A program made the position numbers and the translations under genes. The notes under the pieces were generated by a model, which was not told where the DNA came from, made no database searches, and saw only the letters and a list, made by a program, of their open reading frames with translations. From a virus, in IMG/VR virus record IMGVR_UViG_3300021976_000010, positions 12,975 to 76,974 of that record: a DNA stretch of 64,000 bases; one strand, 5' to 3'. This document shows, in pieces, positions 1 through 9,333 of the stretch (its first letter is position 1; each line of letters opens with the position of its first letter).

Positions 1-2
1 TC

Positions 3-269
3 ACTGGCACGGGCTACACGGCAGGAGGCGCGGCCGCGACCGTGACAGTCGCTGCGATCGACGCGACGAATGACCGAATCGAGGTCACGCTTGGTGGCGT
101 GTCGTGGGTCACGTCGACGATCACCGCACGATACGGTGTCTACTACAAGTCGCGAGGTGGTCTGTCGTCGGCTGACGAACTCATCGCGCTGGTAGACTTC
201 GGCTCCGACATTGCATCCGCGGGCGGCACCTTCTCGCTGTCGGCGTCGATCATCAGGTATCAAAACTGA
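3..269 (+). CDS. Small phage structural/tail-associated protein, 5'-truncated by the window
   Basis: The frame is open from the window start (TGTGYTAGG...TITARYGVYYKSRGG...ELIALVDFGSD...GGTFSL). The GTGYTAGG and DFGSD motifs are typical of small beta-rich virion proteins. Confidence 0.55.
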   Translation, partial: TGTGYTAGGAAATVTVAAIDATNDRIEVTLGGVSWVTSTITARYGVYYKSRGGLSSADELIALVDFGSDIASAGGTFSLSASIIRYQN

Positions 270-270
270 G

Positions 271-417
271 ATGAACACCTTCTACGTCATCACAGGTCTG
301 GCCGTTGTGTCGGGTGCAGCGTGGTTCCACGATGCCTTCTCAGGTACTGTCGTGACGATGGTCTGCTTCGTCATCGGGACCGCGTGGATTATGTGTGGGG
401 AGAAGAGCAAGTGCTGA
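271..417 (+). CDS. Small membrane protein (two hydrophobic segments)
   Basis: ATG at 271 directly follows the previous stop; MNTFYVITGLAVV...VVTMVCFVIGTAWIM. Confidence 0.45.
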   Translation: MNTFYVITGLAVVSGAAWFHDAFSGTVVTMVCFVIGTAWIMCGEKSKC

Positions 418-1403
418 AATTTCACGGTCACCAGTTCGCGGCCGACAGCATCTGTTCGTGTTGCACCGGCGATGCGCGCGTGGTGTCGATCGATCCCACG
501 GGCACGCGCCCGTTGCGCACCACGTTCAACTCGACGCTGGCAATCAAGTGGCGCGGACTACGGGTGCTCACGCGCACCATGATAGTGGATCAGGATATCC
601 TGTCGATGGGGAGCAAGGGCTTGATGGCCATTGCCAATCCCTCGATACAGGGCGGGTCGACGAAGATACAGATGTTCCAGCGGTGGTTCGACCACATCGC
701 GCAGGCACAGGTGCTCGCGGGCGACGGTTCGTGGATGCGCACCTTCATCGAGAGGGGATACAATGCGGGGCAGTCATTCGCGCAGGCGCAAGTCGGCGCA
801 GCACATGTCTCCAGATATGCGGGTGACAGGCAAGAAGCCCTATTCCAGCTTGCCGTGGTGGAACTCCAAGGGATCATCGAGGCAGTCAGTCAGCAGGCCG
901 TTCGAGCCGTGGCGGCTGGGATACTCAATGGGCAGCGACCCTCCGCTATCGTTCGGTCAGTGTACCGCGTTATTGATCGTACTGGCGTCAGTCGCTCTGC
1001 TGCGTTGGTTGAGCTGATCGTCGTCAAGGCATTCAGCGAGGCGACACTCGACGTGTACGAGGCGGCGGGTGTGCGCAAGGTTGGTCTGCTGCCAGAACGC
1101 TTGCGTGCCCCCGCGCGCGTGGGAGACGCGAAGCGCAAGAAGAAACTGGACCCGAGCGGCCCGGGCACGTCGCGCAGGTCGCGCAACAATCCCGAGGGGC
1201 CGAGTGGTCGCACGGTGCAGCGCATTCGGCGGTTCGAGCGCAATCTTGAGCGCAATCCGCTTGTCGCAGTGCAGACGGCGGGCGACGACGATGTCTGCAA
1301 GGTGTGCAACGGCATATCTGAGGACGGTCCGTACAAGATCAACACGGCACGAGCACTCATACCCGCGCATCCGCGCTGTCGGTGTGTCTTCGTTCCAGAG
1401 TAA
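411..1403 (+). CDS. Head morphogenesis / minor capsid protein (Mu gpF / SPP1 gp7-like)
   Basis: C-terminal TAGDDDVCKVC...IPAHPRCRCVFVP motif; GTG at 411 with GGAG upstream; lies upstream of protease and capsid genes. Confidence 0.85.
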   Translation: MLKFHGHQFAADSICSCCTGDARVVSIDPTGTRPLRTTFNSTLAIKWRGLRVLTRTMIVDQDILSMGSKGLMAIANPSIQGGSTKIQMFQRWFDHIAQAQVLAGDGSWMRTFIERGYNAGQSFAQAQVGAAHVSRYAGDRQEALFQLAVVELQGIIEAVSQQAVRAVAAGILNGQRPSAIVRSVYRVIDRTGVSRSAALVELIVVKAFSEATLDVYEAAGVRKVGLLPERLRAPARVGDAKRKKKLDPSGPGTSRRSRNNPEGPSGRTVQRIRRFERNLERNPLVAVQTAGDDDVCKVCNGISEDGPYKINTARALIPAHPRCRCVFVPE

Positions 1404-1461
1404 CGCGACGGCAGGCCCCGCACCGTCCAGCATCACGCGAGGGGAACAGACACTGGAGAAG

Positions 1462-1971
1462 ATGACGATGTCCAAGACACCACATCCAACAGCTCATCCG
1501 GCACCTCACGGTGAATCGGATGCCGCCAACCTTGCCCGCACTGGCCACGCGTCAGGCGGGTATGTCGGCAGCGGAAAGCCTGAAGGCGAGACCGTCTCCG
1601 ATCTCGGCAGGTCGCACGGTGAGAACGAGGACGACCGTTCGCGCTATGCGCACGACGGCGATCGCCGCCCTCGCAGCGAAGGCCAGCGCGATCTGGGACT
1701 CAACGCACCGGAGGCTCGCGTCGAGGAAGCCCGTGACGCGGTGAAGCAGCGACAGGACAAGCTGTCTGCACAGAACGAGGAAGGCCACGCGCGCAACATG
1801 GCGCGCGAGGAAGAGCGACTCAAGGATCGCAAGACCGTTGACGCTGAAGACGGCGAGATCGGCGCACCTGATCCGAAGCTGGGTCGCGAAGACAACGGCA
1901 ACACTCCGCGTATCGCGGCCGACGGAACCAAGTCCTGGCATCCCCCGGGCGTCGCCGGCGCAATTCGCTAA
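1462..1971 (+). CDS. Hydrophilic, probably disordered hypothetical protein (possible head-internal protein)
   Basis: GGAG RBS at 1455, ATG at 1462 or 1468; highly charged, Gly/Asp/Glu/Arg-rich; in the head operon. Confidence 0.6.
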   Translation: MTMSKTPHPTAHPAPHGESDAANLARTGHASGGYVGSGKPEGETVSDLGRSHGENEDDRSRYAHDGDRRPRSEGQRDLGLNAPEARVEEARDAVKQRQDKLSAQNEEGHARNMAREEERLKDRKTVDAEDGEIGAPDPKLGREDNGNTPRIAADGTKSWHPPGVAGAIR

Positions 1972-1987
1972 CTGAAGAAAGCGCGTC

Positions 1988-2869
1988 ATGAAACTCTGGG
2001 CCTTCAACGACTCTCACGACTGGGGAACCCAACTCGCGAGAGCTGCGCAGGCCCGGGGCCATGACGCGCACCTCTTCGAGAACCCGCGCGAACCAGACAC
2101 TGGCAACGTGTTCATGCACATGCACCATCAACCGCAGGTGCGTCTGCTTCACAAGCGGTGCATGGCCATCATGGCGATGCGCCCCGAGCTGAACCTGATA
2201 CCGTCGTACCGTGCGTCGTGTCTGTTTGACGACAAGCTGGAACAGGCAAGGCAGCTCGCTCGATGGATGCCACGTACTCACGTGTTCTATTCACCGGGCG
2301 CGGCCAAGCGGTGGCTCGACCGTGGAATGACGATACCGTTCGTGTCCAAGAGCTCAGAGGGAGAGAACTCGCACAATGTCCGGATCATCGCCAACCTCGA
2401 AGACGCGTACAAGGAAGTCCGATACGCCTTCAGCGACATCGGCATCAAGTGCCGTCACCAGCAAACGCAGCGCGGTTATCTGCTCTGGCAATCACACGTT
2501 GACAGCGAAGCTGAATACCGCGTTATCGCTGTTGGACGTCAGCGTCTTATCCTCAGGCGAGAAGGTGGCGACGATCGGTCTGTGGCACAAGGTCAAGGGC
2601 AGCTTAGACCTGTCCTGAGGCTCGACGTCGACGATCACACCGTCGAGCTGTACGCTCTCGCGAACCGCTTCTTCACCGAGGAGGGCATCAAGTGGGGTGC
2701 CGTCGACATGGTGCGCGGACCAGACGGCGGTTGGTTCGTGACCGGCTTCACGGTGCGATGGACGATGCACCACTACTACGAGTGTCCGTTTCTGTTCGAC
2801 GAGCAGAAGCGGTGCGGCAACGATATCTGGAATGTCCTACTGGACGAAATCGAAGCAGGAGCTATCTGA
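1988..2869 (+). CDS. RimK-like ATP-grasp fold protein
   Basis: DDK...MPRT, PFVSK..G..S.NV, LLWQ, EYRV..VG and WGAVDM motifs occur in ATP-grasp order; the terminal ExN motif is degenerate (TGFT). Confidence 0.7.
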   Translation: MKLWAFNDSHDWGTQLARAAQARGHDAHLFENPREPDTGNVFMHMHHQPQVRLLHKRCMAIMAMRPELNLIPSYRASCLFDDKLEQARQLARWMPRTHVFYSPGAAKRWLDRGMTIPFVSKSSEGENSHNVRIIANLEDAYKEVRYAFSDIGIKCRHQQTQRGYLLWQSHVDSEAEYRVIAVGRQRLILRREGGDDRSVAQGQGQLRPVLRLDVDDHTVELYALANRFFTEEGIKWGAVDMVRGPDGGWFVTGFTVRWTMHHYYECPFLFDEQKRCGNDIWNVLLDEIEAGAI

Positions 2870-3459
2870 TGGACCACTTCTACACGACGATACCGGGCTG
2901 GGCGGCGTTCAAGCAGACGTATATCGACGTCGTGCGTGCGGCCCGGGGCGGCGAGCACTTCGTCGAGATCGGATCGTGGGCGGGCCGCAGTGCTGCGCTG
3001 ATGGGCGTGGAAATCCACAATAGCGGCAAGCACATCACGTTCGACTGCATCGATCCATGGCTTGACGGCGGTGTGGACCTGCGCGACACTCAGCATCAAA
3101 AGCTGCTCAACACCGAGCAGGTGCCGCTGTTCGAGCAGTTCAAGCGCAACGTCGCGCCTGTGCTGCATCTGATCAATCCGATCCAGATGATGTCGCTGAA
3201 CGCGGTCCAACTTTACTCCCCCGCTTCAATCGACTTCATCATGATCGACGGTGACCACACCTACGAAGCCGTGCGCGATGACATCGCGGCCTTCCTGCCA
3301 AAGATGAAGAAGGGCGGCATCATGGCAGGCGACGACTATGGATGGCCGGGGGTGCAGCGGGCCGTTCACGAGGTATTCGGCCCGCGCGTGCAGGTATTCG
3401 GTAAGGGTCATCCGAAGAACTACCGTCTGGGATCGCAGCATTGGCTGGTGAAGTTATGA
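2869..3459 (+). CDS. Class I SAM-dependent methyltransferase (Methyltransf_24-like)
   Basis: FVEIGSWAGRS, IDFIMIDGDHTYEAV.DD and GGIMAGDDY motifs; TGATG coupling to the upstream gene. Confidence 0.88.
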   Translation: MDHFYTTIPGWAAFKQTYIDVVRAARGGEHFVEIGSWAGRSAALMGVEIHNSGKHITFDCIDPWLDGGVDLRDTQHQKLLNTEQVPLFEQFKRNVAPVLHLINPIQMMSLNAVQLYSPASIDFIMIDGDHTYEAVRDDIAAFLPKMKKGGIMAGDDYGWPGVQRAVHEVFGPRVQVFGKGHPKNYRLGSQHWLVKL

Positions 3460-4154
3460 TCGCGACAGCTATCATCACGGCACCGCGCCCGCGCAATACG
3501 CTGTACGAGTCCATTCAGTCGTGGCGTCACGACGGCGGCTTCACGGGACCGTTGCTCGTGTGCTCAGACGCGATGCCCGGTATTCGCGGCACGCTGCTGA
3601 GCGTGCACGAGAACGTTCCGGCGCTCGGCAACATGCGAAACTGGAAACTCGCTCTCAGTATGTTGGTCTCGCAGGGAGACGACGAGTGGCTGATGGTGTG
3701 CGAAGATGACATAGTCTGGGCCAAGGGCGCACGTGATGCTCTCGATCGGGAGTTGCCCGCACTCAAGGAGAGCGTGACATTCTCGAGGGCAGGCGGCCTG
3801 TCGTTGTATCTGCCTCGTCGCCACACGAAGAAGATGATGAGACTGCGCCCGGGCTGGCATGGCAGCGGGCTTCAGCAGGCTCACAAGACATGGGGCGCGC
3901 AGTGCATGGTGTTCTCGCGCGGGCAGGCGCTGGAGTTGCTCGGTGACCTGAAGTTCGGAGAGCTCACGAGCGATCTCACTCGCGACAAGAACATCGACGC
4001 GGTGTTCGGGCGCTGTATCAACGCGCGCGGCAAGGAAATCCTGTATCGGGTCCCCTGCCTCGTGAACCACACGCTGGGCGACGGCAACTCGTCGCTGGGC
4101 TACAGTGCGGACAGGCCGGACCTGCGCACTGACTACTGGACGGGGCGCGCATGA
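3456..4154 (+). CDS. GT-A fold glycosyltransferase
   Basis: LMVCEDD (DxD-like), WGAQCMVF, NID and PCLVNH..G.SSLG motifs; ATGA overlap. Confidence 0.7.
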   Translation: MIATAIITAPRPRNTLYESIQSWRHDGGFTGPLLVCSDAMPGIRGTLLSVHENVPALGNMRNWKLALSMLVSQGDDEWLMVCEDDIVWAKGARDALDRELPALKESVTFSRAGGLSLYLPRRHTKKMMRLRPGWHGSGLQQAHKTWGAQCMVFSRGQALELLGDLKFGELTSDLTRDKNIDAVFGRCINARGKEILYRVPCLVNHTLGDGNSSLGYSADRPDLRTDYWTGRA

Positions 4155-4879
4155 AACAGGTAACGCTGGTCTACGCCTTCTACGACAATGAAGAGATGCT
4201 TCTCCGTCATCTGGCGGAGTGGCATGAGTATTCATCGTTTGTGAAGACGCTCATCAAGATCATCATCGTGGATGACGCCAGTCCCAACGTGGTCGCGTCG
4301 GAGGTGGTCAACTTCTTTGGCTACACGGGCGTCGATATTGCGGTGTATCGCGTGCAGAAGGACATCCCGTGGAATCAGGACGGGGCGCGCAATCTGGCGA
4401 TGCAGGAGGCGCAGACTGAGTGGGTATACATGACCGACATGGACCATCTTGTTCCAAGTGATCAGGTTGGTCGCATGCTGGGCTTCGTCGAGTACTGTGC
4501 GGTGACTGGTCACTACTACATGCCGGATCAGCGCCTGACCAGCGGCGAGAGTGTGCACAGGCCACACCCGAATTCGTTCTTGATGCGAGTCGATGATTTC
4601 TGGGCGATGGGTGGGTATGACGAAGACTTCGCAGGCTGGTACGGCTCAGACGGTAACTTCCGCAAGTGTGCGCGTGGCGCTGGCCTTGTCGAGCTGCCCA
4701 TCGACGCATTCTACACCACGGTCTTCCGTTCGGAGGACATATTCGACGCGAACACCAAGCTCTCTCGCAAGGAGGGCTCGTTCTACGCGCCGCTGAACCA
4801 GAAGCTGAACGCCAAGCGCAAGGGGCCGCCGTACAAGGCGGTCAATCCTGTTCGCTTCGAATGGAAGAGGGAGCTATGA
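4151..4879 (+). CDS. GT2-like glycosyltransferase with galactosyltransferase-type C-terminus
   Basis: IIIVDDAS, WNQDGARNLA, TDMDH and FW.MGGYDEDFAGWYGSD motifs. Confidence 0.85.
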   Translation: MKQVTLVYAFYDNEEMLLRHLAEWHEYSSFVKTLIKIIIVDDASPNVVASEVVNFFGYTGVDIAVYRVQKDIPWNQDGARNLAMQEAQTEWVYMTDMDHLVPSDQVGRMLGFVEYCAVTGHYYMPDQRLTSGESVHRPHPNSFLMRVDDFWAMGGYDEDFAGWYGSDGNFRKCARGAGLVELPIDAFYTTVFRSEDIFDANTKLSRKEGSFYAPLNQKLNAKRKGPPYKAVNPVRFEWKREL

Positions 4880-5619
4880 GAACGCACATCGTCCTGTGGA
4901 AGTGGGGACAGGACAATATGATCGGTGACAGGCGCTACACGTACGAGCACGTCAACGTCATGAACGCCATGCTCCTTCGCAACACCGCGACGATGCAGCG
5001 CTCCCCCGTTCGTGTGGTCTGCGTGACCGATGAACCGGGCGGTATCGACTGTGATACCTTCAGACTTTGGAGGGACGGCGATAATCTGGTGAACGCGACG
5101 AAGCCGACACTACCCTCGTGCTATCGCCGGCTGAAGCTCTACGACAGGGCCACTCAGCGGGACATGGGCATTGAAGCGGGGGACCGTGTCGTCAGTCTGG
5201 ACCTCGACACTATCGTGTGCGGGGACATGCGCAGGATACTCGAGACGCAGGGCAGGTTCGTCGGGTGGAAGCTCGCAGGCACCTACCATCCCGAGGTTTA
5301 CAACGGTTCGTTCCAGATGTTTACCGCTGGTGACCTCCAGCACATCTGGTCGAGCTTCGATCCGCAGACGTCGCCGCTCGCGGCGAAGCAGGATGGATGG
5401 CTGGGTTCTGATCAGGCGTGGCTCTCCATGAATCTGGTGGGCAAGGAGGGGAGCGTCGACGTGCCCTTTCCCGAGTTCGCGTCATACCCGCTGCATCTAC
5501 GGATCAGCAGGGCTTTCACCGGCAAGCATCGGCTTGTCTTCTTTCACGGCCGCGTCAAGCCGTGGTCCACGCAGGCACAGGCTGACTCATCGTGGGTTCA
5601 GCGATATTGGAGACAGTGA
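4876..5619 (+). CDS. GT8-like glycosyltransferase
   Basis: WKWG, VCVTD, SLDLD, YNGS, SDQAWL and VFFHGRVKPW motifs; ATGA overlap. Confidence 0.8.
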   Translation: MRTHIVLWKWGQDNMIGDRRYTYEHVNVMNAMLLRNTATMQRSPVRVVCVTDEPGGIDCDTFRLWRDGDNLVNATKPTLPSCYRRLKLYDRATQRDMGIEAGDRVVSLDLDTIVCGDMRRILETQGRFVGWKLAGTYHPEVYNGSFQMFTAGDLQHIWSSFDPQTSPLAAKQDGWLGSDQAWLSMNLVGKEGSVDVPFPEFASYPLHLRISRAFTGKHRLVFFHGRVKPWSTQAQADSSWVQRYWRQ

Positions 5620-7034
5620 TGTTCCACTTTACAGACATGGTCATGGAGCTCGACGACGGGGCCAAGGTGCGCAAGACACAGGACGGGTATCTCGCGGCAA
5701 TGCCGCGCGTTGCCCGCACCGGCATCCAGCTCTATCGCGGCTCCGAGCTCGGCATCAAGGACAAGGACATTGTCCGTATCTACCGCGCCCCGGAGGAGGT
5801 GTTCAAGGCTGATGCGATGAAGTCGTTCGCGGGCAAGCCTTTCACCGACGACCATCCGAAGAAGCCCGTGGACTCGAAGAGCTGGAAGGATGTCAGTCGC
5901 GGCATTGCTGGCGAAGACGTGCTTCGAGATGGTGAGTACGTGCGAGTTCCCATGGTTCTCATGGACGCTGGCATGGTGCGCAAGGTCGAGGGCGGCAAGA
6001 TCCAGCTCTCGGCGGGCTACACTTGCGACATCGCGTGGGGCGAGGGCACCACGCCGACGGGCGAGACCTATGACGGCCGTCAGATCGACATTCGCGTGAA
6101 TCACATCGCGGTCGTGGATCAGGCGCGCGGGGGCAGGGTACTGTCCATCGGTGACGCAGCAAAAGTTTCCAACGCCATCATGCTTGGCGTGAAAGCAATT
6201 CGGGCGGGAGAGGTCAACGACCTTGACCCTCTCGACGGAGGGGCGGGCGCGGTGTGCCTGCTCGACACGGACTACCCGTTCTTGAAGGATGGGAAAGTGC
6301 ATACTCGCGCTCTGCGGGATGCGAGGACGGCAGCACTAGCAGCGGATGACACGAGCGGCCTGCTCGCCATCGACATGCTGTTGGAGTTGATTTCTGACAA
6401 TGGCAACCAACGGAGAAAACCTGCCATGAAGACGATGATTGTTGACGGTATCACCTGCGAAATGTCCGACACCGCCGTCGAGGTGGTGACCCGGGCACTC
6501 GCCAAGGCCGCCGACGCCTTCAACTTCGAAAAGAAGAAGGGCGAGGAGGAGGAAGAGAAAAAGAAGAAGGTCGAAAAGGACAGCGGCGAGGCGATCGCCA
6601 AGCTGACCACCGAGAATGCGACCAAGGATGCGGAGATCGCAACCCTGAAGTCGCAGCTCAAGGATTCGGCCCTCACGCCGGACAAGCTGGACGCGATGGT
6701 CAAGGATCGTCAGATCGTGGCCGACAAGGCGAAGGCCCTGCTTTCGACCGTTGTGGTCGATGGCAAGACCGTCGACGAGGTGATGCGTCAGGTGGTCGAC
6801 GCCAAGCTCGGCGCCGTTGCCAAGGACTGGAAGCCGGAGCAGGTGAAGGTGTCGTTCGACACCCTGACCGCTGGCGTGCAGGCCAAGGACAGCTCGGGCT
6901 TTGACGCTACCGCCCGCGCGTTCTCCACGCCGCCGATCGGTGATGCGGCTGCGCAGTCCGAAAAGCGGTACGACAGCTATGACGCCAAGATCTCCAACGC
7001 TTGGAAGACCCCCGAGCCGGCGACTCGTCAGTAA
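5619..7034 (+). CDS. DUF2213-family prohead protease / scaffold fusion
   Basis: ARTGIQLY, YRAPEEVF, PFTDDHP, QLSAGY and NHIAVVDQARGG motifs, followed by a coiled-coil tail; TGATG start. Confidence 0.88.
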   Translation: MFHFTDMVMELDDGAKVRKTQDGYLAAMPRVARTGIQLYRGSELGIKDKDIVRIYRAPEEVFKADAMKSFAGKPFTDDHPKKPVDSKSWKDVSRGIAGEDVLRDGEYVRVPMVLMDAGMVRKVEGGKIQLSAGYTCDIAWGEGTTPTGETYDGRQIDIRVNHIAVVDQARGGRVLSIGDAAKVSNAIMLGVKAIRAGEVNDLDPLDGGAGAVCLLDTDYPFLKDGKVHTRALRDARTAALAADDTSGLLAIDMLLELISDNGNQRRKPAMKTMIVDGITCEMSDTAVEVVTRALAKAADAFNFEKKKGEEEEEKKKKVEKDSGEAIAKLTTENATKDAEIATLKSQLKDSALTPDKLDAMVKDRQIVADKAKALLSTVVVDGKTVDEVMRQVVDAKLGAVAKDWKPEQVKVSFDTLTAGVQAKDSSGFDATARAFSTPPIGDAAAQSEKRYDSYDAKISNAWKTPEPATRQ

Positions 7035-7128
7035 CACCCGGGCGCGCGGGCAGGCCCCGCGCGTTCGACCATCGTTTGCCTAACGGCACAGACTATCATC
7101 TTCAACATAGCCACAAGGGAAAACTTCA

Positions 7129-7587
7129 ATGGCTGTTCAGACTTCCTACTCCGAGCGCATGTCGCCTCCCGGTCCGGGCACGATCAGCGGCTCGGATTTC
7201 GACACTGTCACCGGTCTCTGCGAAACCGCTTCCCCGGGCATTCCGTTCGGTCGCGCTGTCTCGCAGGGCACGCTGTCCGACAAGGGCGTCGTGCTCGGTG
7301 GCACCGCAGCCGCGTTCCGTGGCGTCTCCGTGCGTGACATCACGCTCGGTGCCGAACAGGACGCGTATCTGCCGCCGAACAACGTCGGCATTCTGAAGAA
7401 GGGTGAAGTTTGGCTGGAGCCGTCTGTCGCGGTTGCCGCCAACGACATCGTTCACTTTGACACTGCGACCGGTATCTTCAAGATCTCGGGCGGCATTCTT
7501 GTCAAGGGCGCGCGGTGGGTCACCTCGTGCGGCGTCGGCGGGCGCGCAATCGCCTACTTCGCCGGCTACGACCGCAACGCTACCTAA
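7129..7587 (+). CDS. Capsid decoration / cement protein
   Basis: Lies between scaffold and capsid genes; IPFGRAV...GV and GEVW pattern of small head decoration proteins. Confidence 0.75.
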   Translation: MAVQTSYSERMSPPGPGTISGSDFDTVTGLCETASPGIPFGRAVSQGTLSDKGVVLGGTAAAFRGVSVRDITLGAEQDAYLPPNNVGILKKGEVWLEPSVAVAANDIVHFDTATGIFKISGGILVKGARWVTSCGVGGRAIAYFAGYDRNAT

Positions 7588-7667
7588 CACCTGACGCGGT
7601 CCCACGGGGCCGCGCCAGTCTACCGCGTTTCCCCTTCAACTCCAACCTCACATGAGGAAGACAAACT

Positions 7668-8627
7668 ATGCGACGTCATATGGTCACTGACCAGCAGGCC
7701 ATGGGATTTCTCGTTTCCCAGACTGCTCACATCGAGAGTCAGGTCGTCGAGATCCAGTATCCCGACATCCAGTACCCTGCTCTCATCCCGGTGGATACCT
7801 CCGCCAACGAGTGGGCCAAGTCCGTCTCTTACTACTCGCTGGACAAGGTCGGCAAGGCGAACTGGTTCCACCACACCGCCAAGGACATCCACATCGCCGA
7901 CGTCGAGCGTGCACAGCACGAAGTCGGCGTCGAGATGGCCGACATCGGCTATCGCTGGACGCTCGAAGAGCTGGGTCAGGCGATGATGATCCCGGGTATG
8001 AACCTGTCCGCCGATCGGGCAGGTGCGGCCCGCCGTGCCTACGAAGAGTTCGTCGATGACGTGGCTCTTCGCGGCAAGGCGGAGAAGTCGATCTACGGGA
8101 TCATGAACTATCCCGGGATCACCGCTGTCCTTGCGTCCAACGTCGGTGGCAACACCACGTGGGATGCCAAGACCGCGGACGAGATCCTCAAGGATGTCAA
8201 CGATGCACTGACTGGCATGTACGTCAGCTCGCTCACGGTCGAGATCGCGGATACGATCTTGCTGCCCGTCGGCGCAATGACCATCATCGCCACGAAGCGC
8301 ATTCCCGACACCACGATGACCGTTCTCCAGTTCTTGCTGGCGAACAACGTCTACTCGCACCAGACCGGTCGTCCGCTCACCATCCGCACTCTTCGCGGCT
8401 TGGAGACGGCAGGCCAGAACGGTTCGGGCCGCATGATCGCGTATCGTCGGGACCCGCAGGTCCTGAAGATGCACATCCCGATGACTCACAGGTTCCTGCC
8501 CGTCTGGCAGACCGGCCCGTTGGTCTTCGACGTTCCCGGCATCTTCCGTCTCGCTGGACTGGAAGTTCGGCGCCCGGGTGCGGTACGCTACGTCGACGGC
8601 ATCCTCACTTCGGATGAGCTGTCGTAA
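7668..8627 (+). CDS. Major capsid protein (DUF2184 family)
   Basis: GFLVSQ..HIE...YPDI.Y..LIPV, WTLEEL and terminal G.EVRRPGAVRYVDGI motifs; strong GAGGA RBS. Confidence 0.92.
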   Translation: MRRHMVTDQQAMGFLVSQTAHIESQVVEIQYPDIQYPALIPVDTSANEWAKSVSYYSLDKVGKANWFHHTAKDIHIADVERAQHEVGVEMADIGYRWTLEELGQAMMIPGMNLSADRAGAARRAYEEFVDDVALRGKAEKSIYGIMNYPGITAVLASNVGGNTTWDAKTADEILKDVNDALTGMYVSSLTVEIADTILLPVGAMTIIATKRIPDTTMTVLQFLLANNVYSHQTGRPLTIRTLRGLETAGQNGSGRMIAYRRDPQVLKMHIPMTHRFLPVWQTGPLVFDVPGIFRLAGLEVRRPGAVRYVDGILTSDELS

Positions 8628-8652
8628 AGCGTCCCTCGTAGCGTAACGCGGG

Positions 8653-8691
8653 CAGGCCGCTGGAGTGACACCCTCCGGCGGCCTGTTTCTT
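8653..8691 (+). terminator. Intrinsic terminator after the capsid gene
   Basis: Stem CAGGCCGCTGGAG / CTCCGGCGGCCTG followed by TTTCTT. Confidence 0.75.
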
Positions 8692-8713
8692 CAATGGTGT
8701 CTGGGATAGGACA

Positions 8714-9322
8714 ATGGAAACCATGCGAGTAGACCTTATCAATCTCGGCAACGGCCCGCGCGTATTCTATGATCGCAGGAACCTGCCCGTGCTTGTCGGC
8801 ATTGGCAAGATCGTGGCGGCAGACATGGGCGACGAGGTACTCAAGTCACTTCGTGCACCCGGCGAGACTGTCATGGTCGCGGGAGCCGGCGAAGGCAAGA
8901 TTCCGCAGCCCGTTCAGGAGGTCGTCAATCTCTTGGCAGTGCTGGCCTTCGAAGAGTACGACACGCTCCTGCGCAGGTTCCTCGCCATCGTGCCGACAAA
9001 CGATAGCACAAAGATACGGCCCCATCGTCAGCAGATGCGCGTCGCTCTCACCAATTATGTTGAAGACTTCGTGCGACACGCCGCGCGCAAGGAAGTCCGC
9101 GACGACGTCGATCCGGCTCAGCTCGAGCGAGAGCAGGCTGAAGAAAAGGCGCGTCAGACTCCTCCTCCGCCCGTGCACGAGCCGGCTCCCCCGCCTCCTC
9201 CTCAGCACGCGCTGAAGGTGGCGCAGGCGGCACGCCAGCCCGTGGCCGCGCCCGCGACCGCGCCTGTGCCTGCACGCGCGCCCGCGCGCACGAAGACCGC
9301 CCGCAACAAGTCCCGCCGATAA
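8714..9322 (+). CDS. Hypothetical protein with Pro/Ala-rich C-terminus
   Basis: ORF with RBS between the capsid and head-tail adaptor genes. Confidence 0.6.
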   Translation: METMRVDLINLGNGPRVFYDRRNLPVLVGIGKIVAADMGDEVLKSLRAPGETVMVAGAGEGKIPQPVQEVVNLLAVLAFEEYDTLLRRFLAIVPTNDSTKIRPHRQQMRVALTNYVEDFVRHAARKEVRDDVDPAQLEREQAEEKARQTPPPPVHEPAPPPPPQHALKVAQAARQPVAAPATAPVPARAPARTKTARNKSRR

Positions 9323-9333
9323 GGACTCGATCC

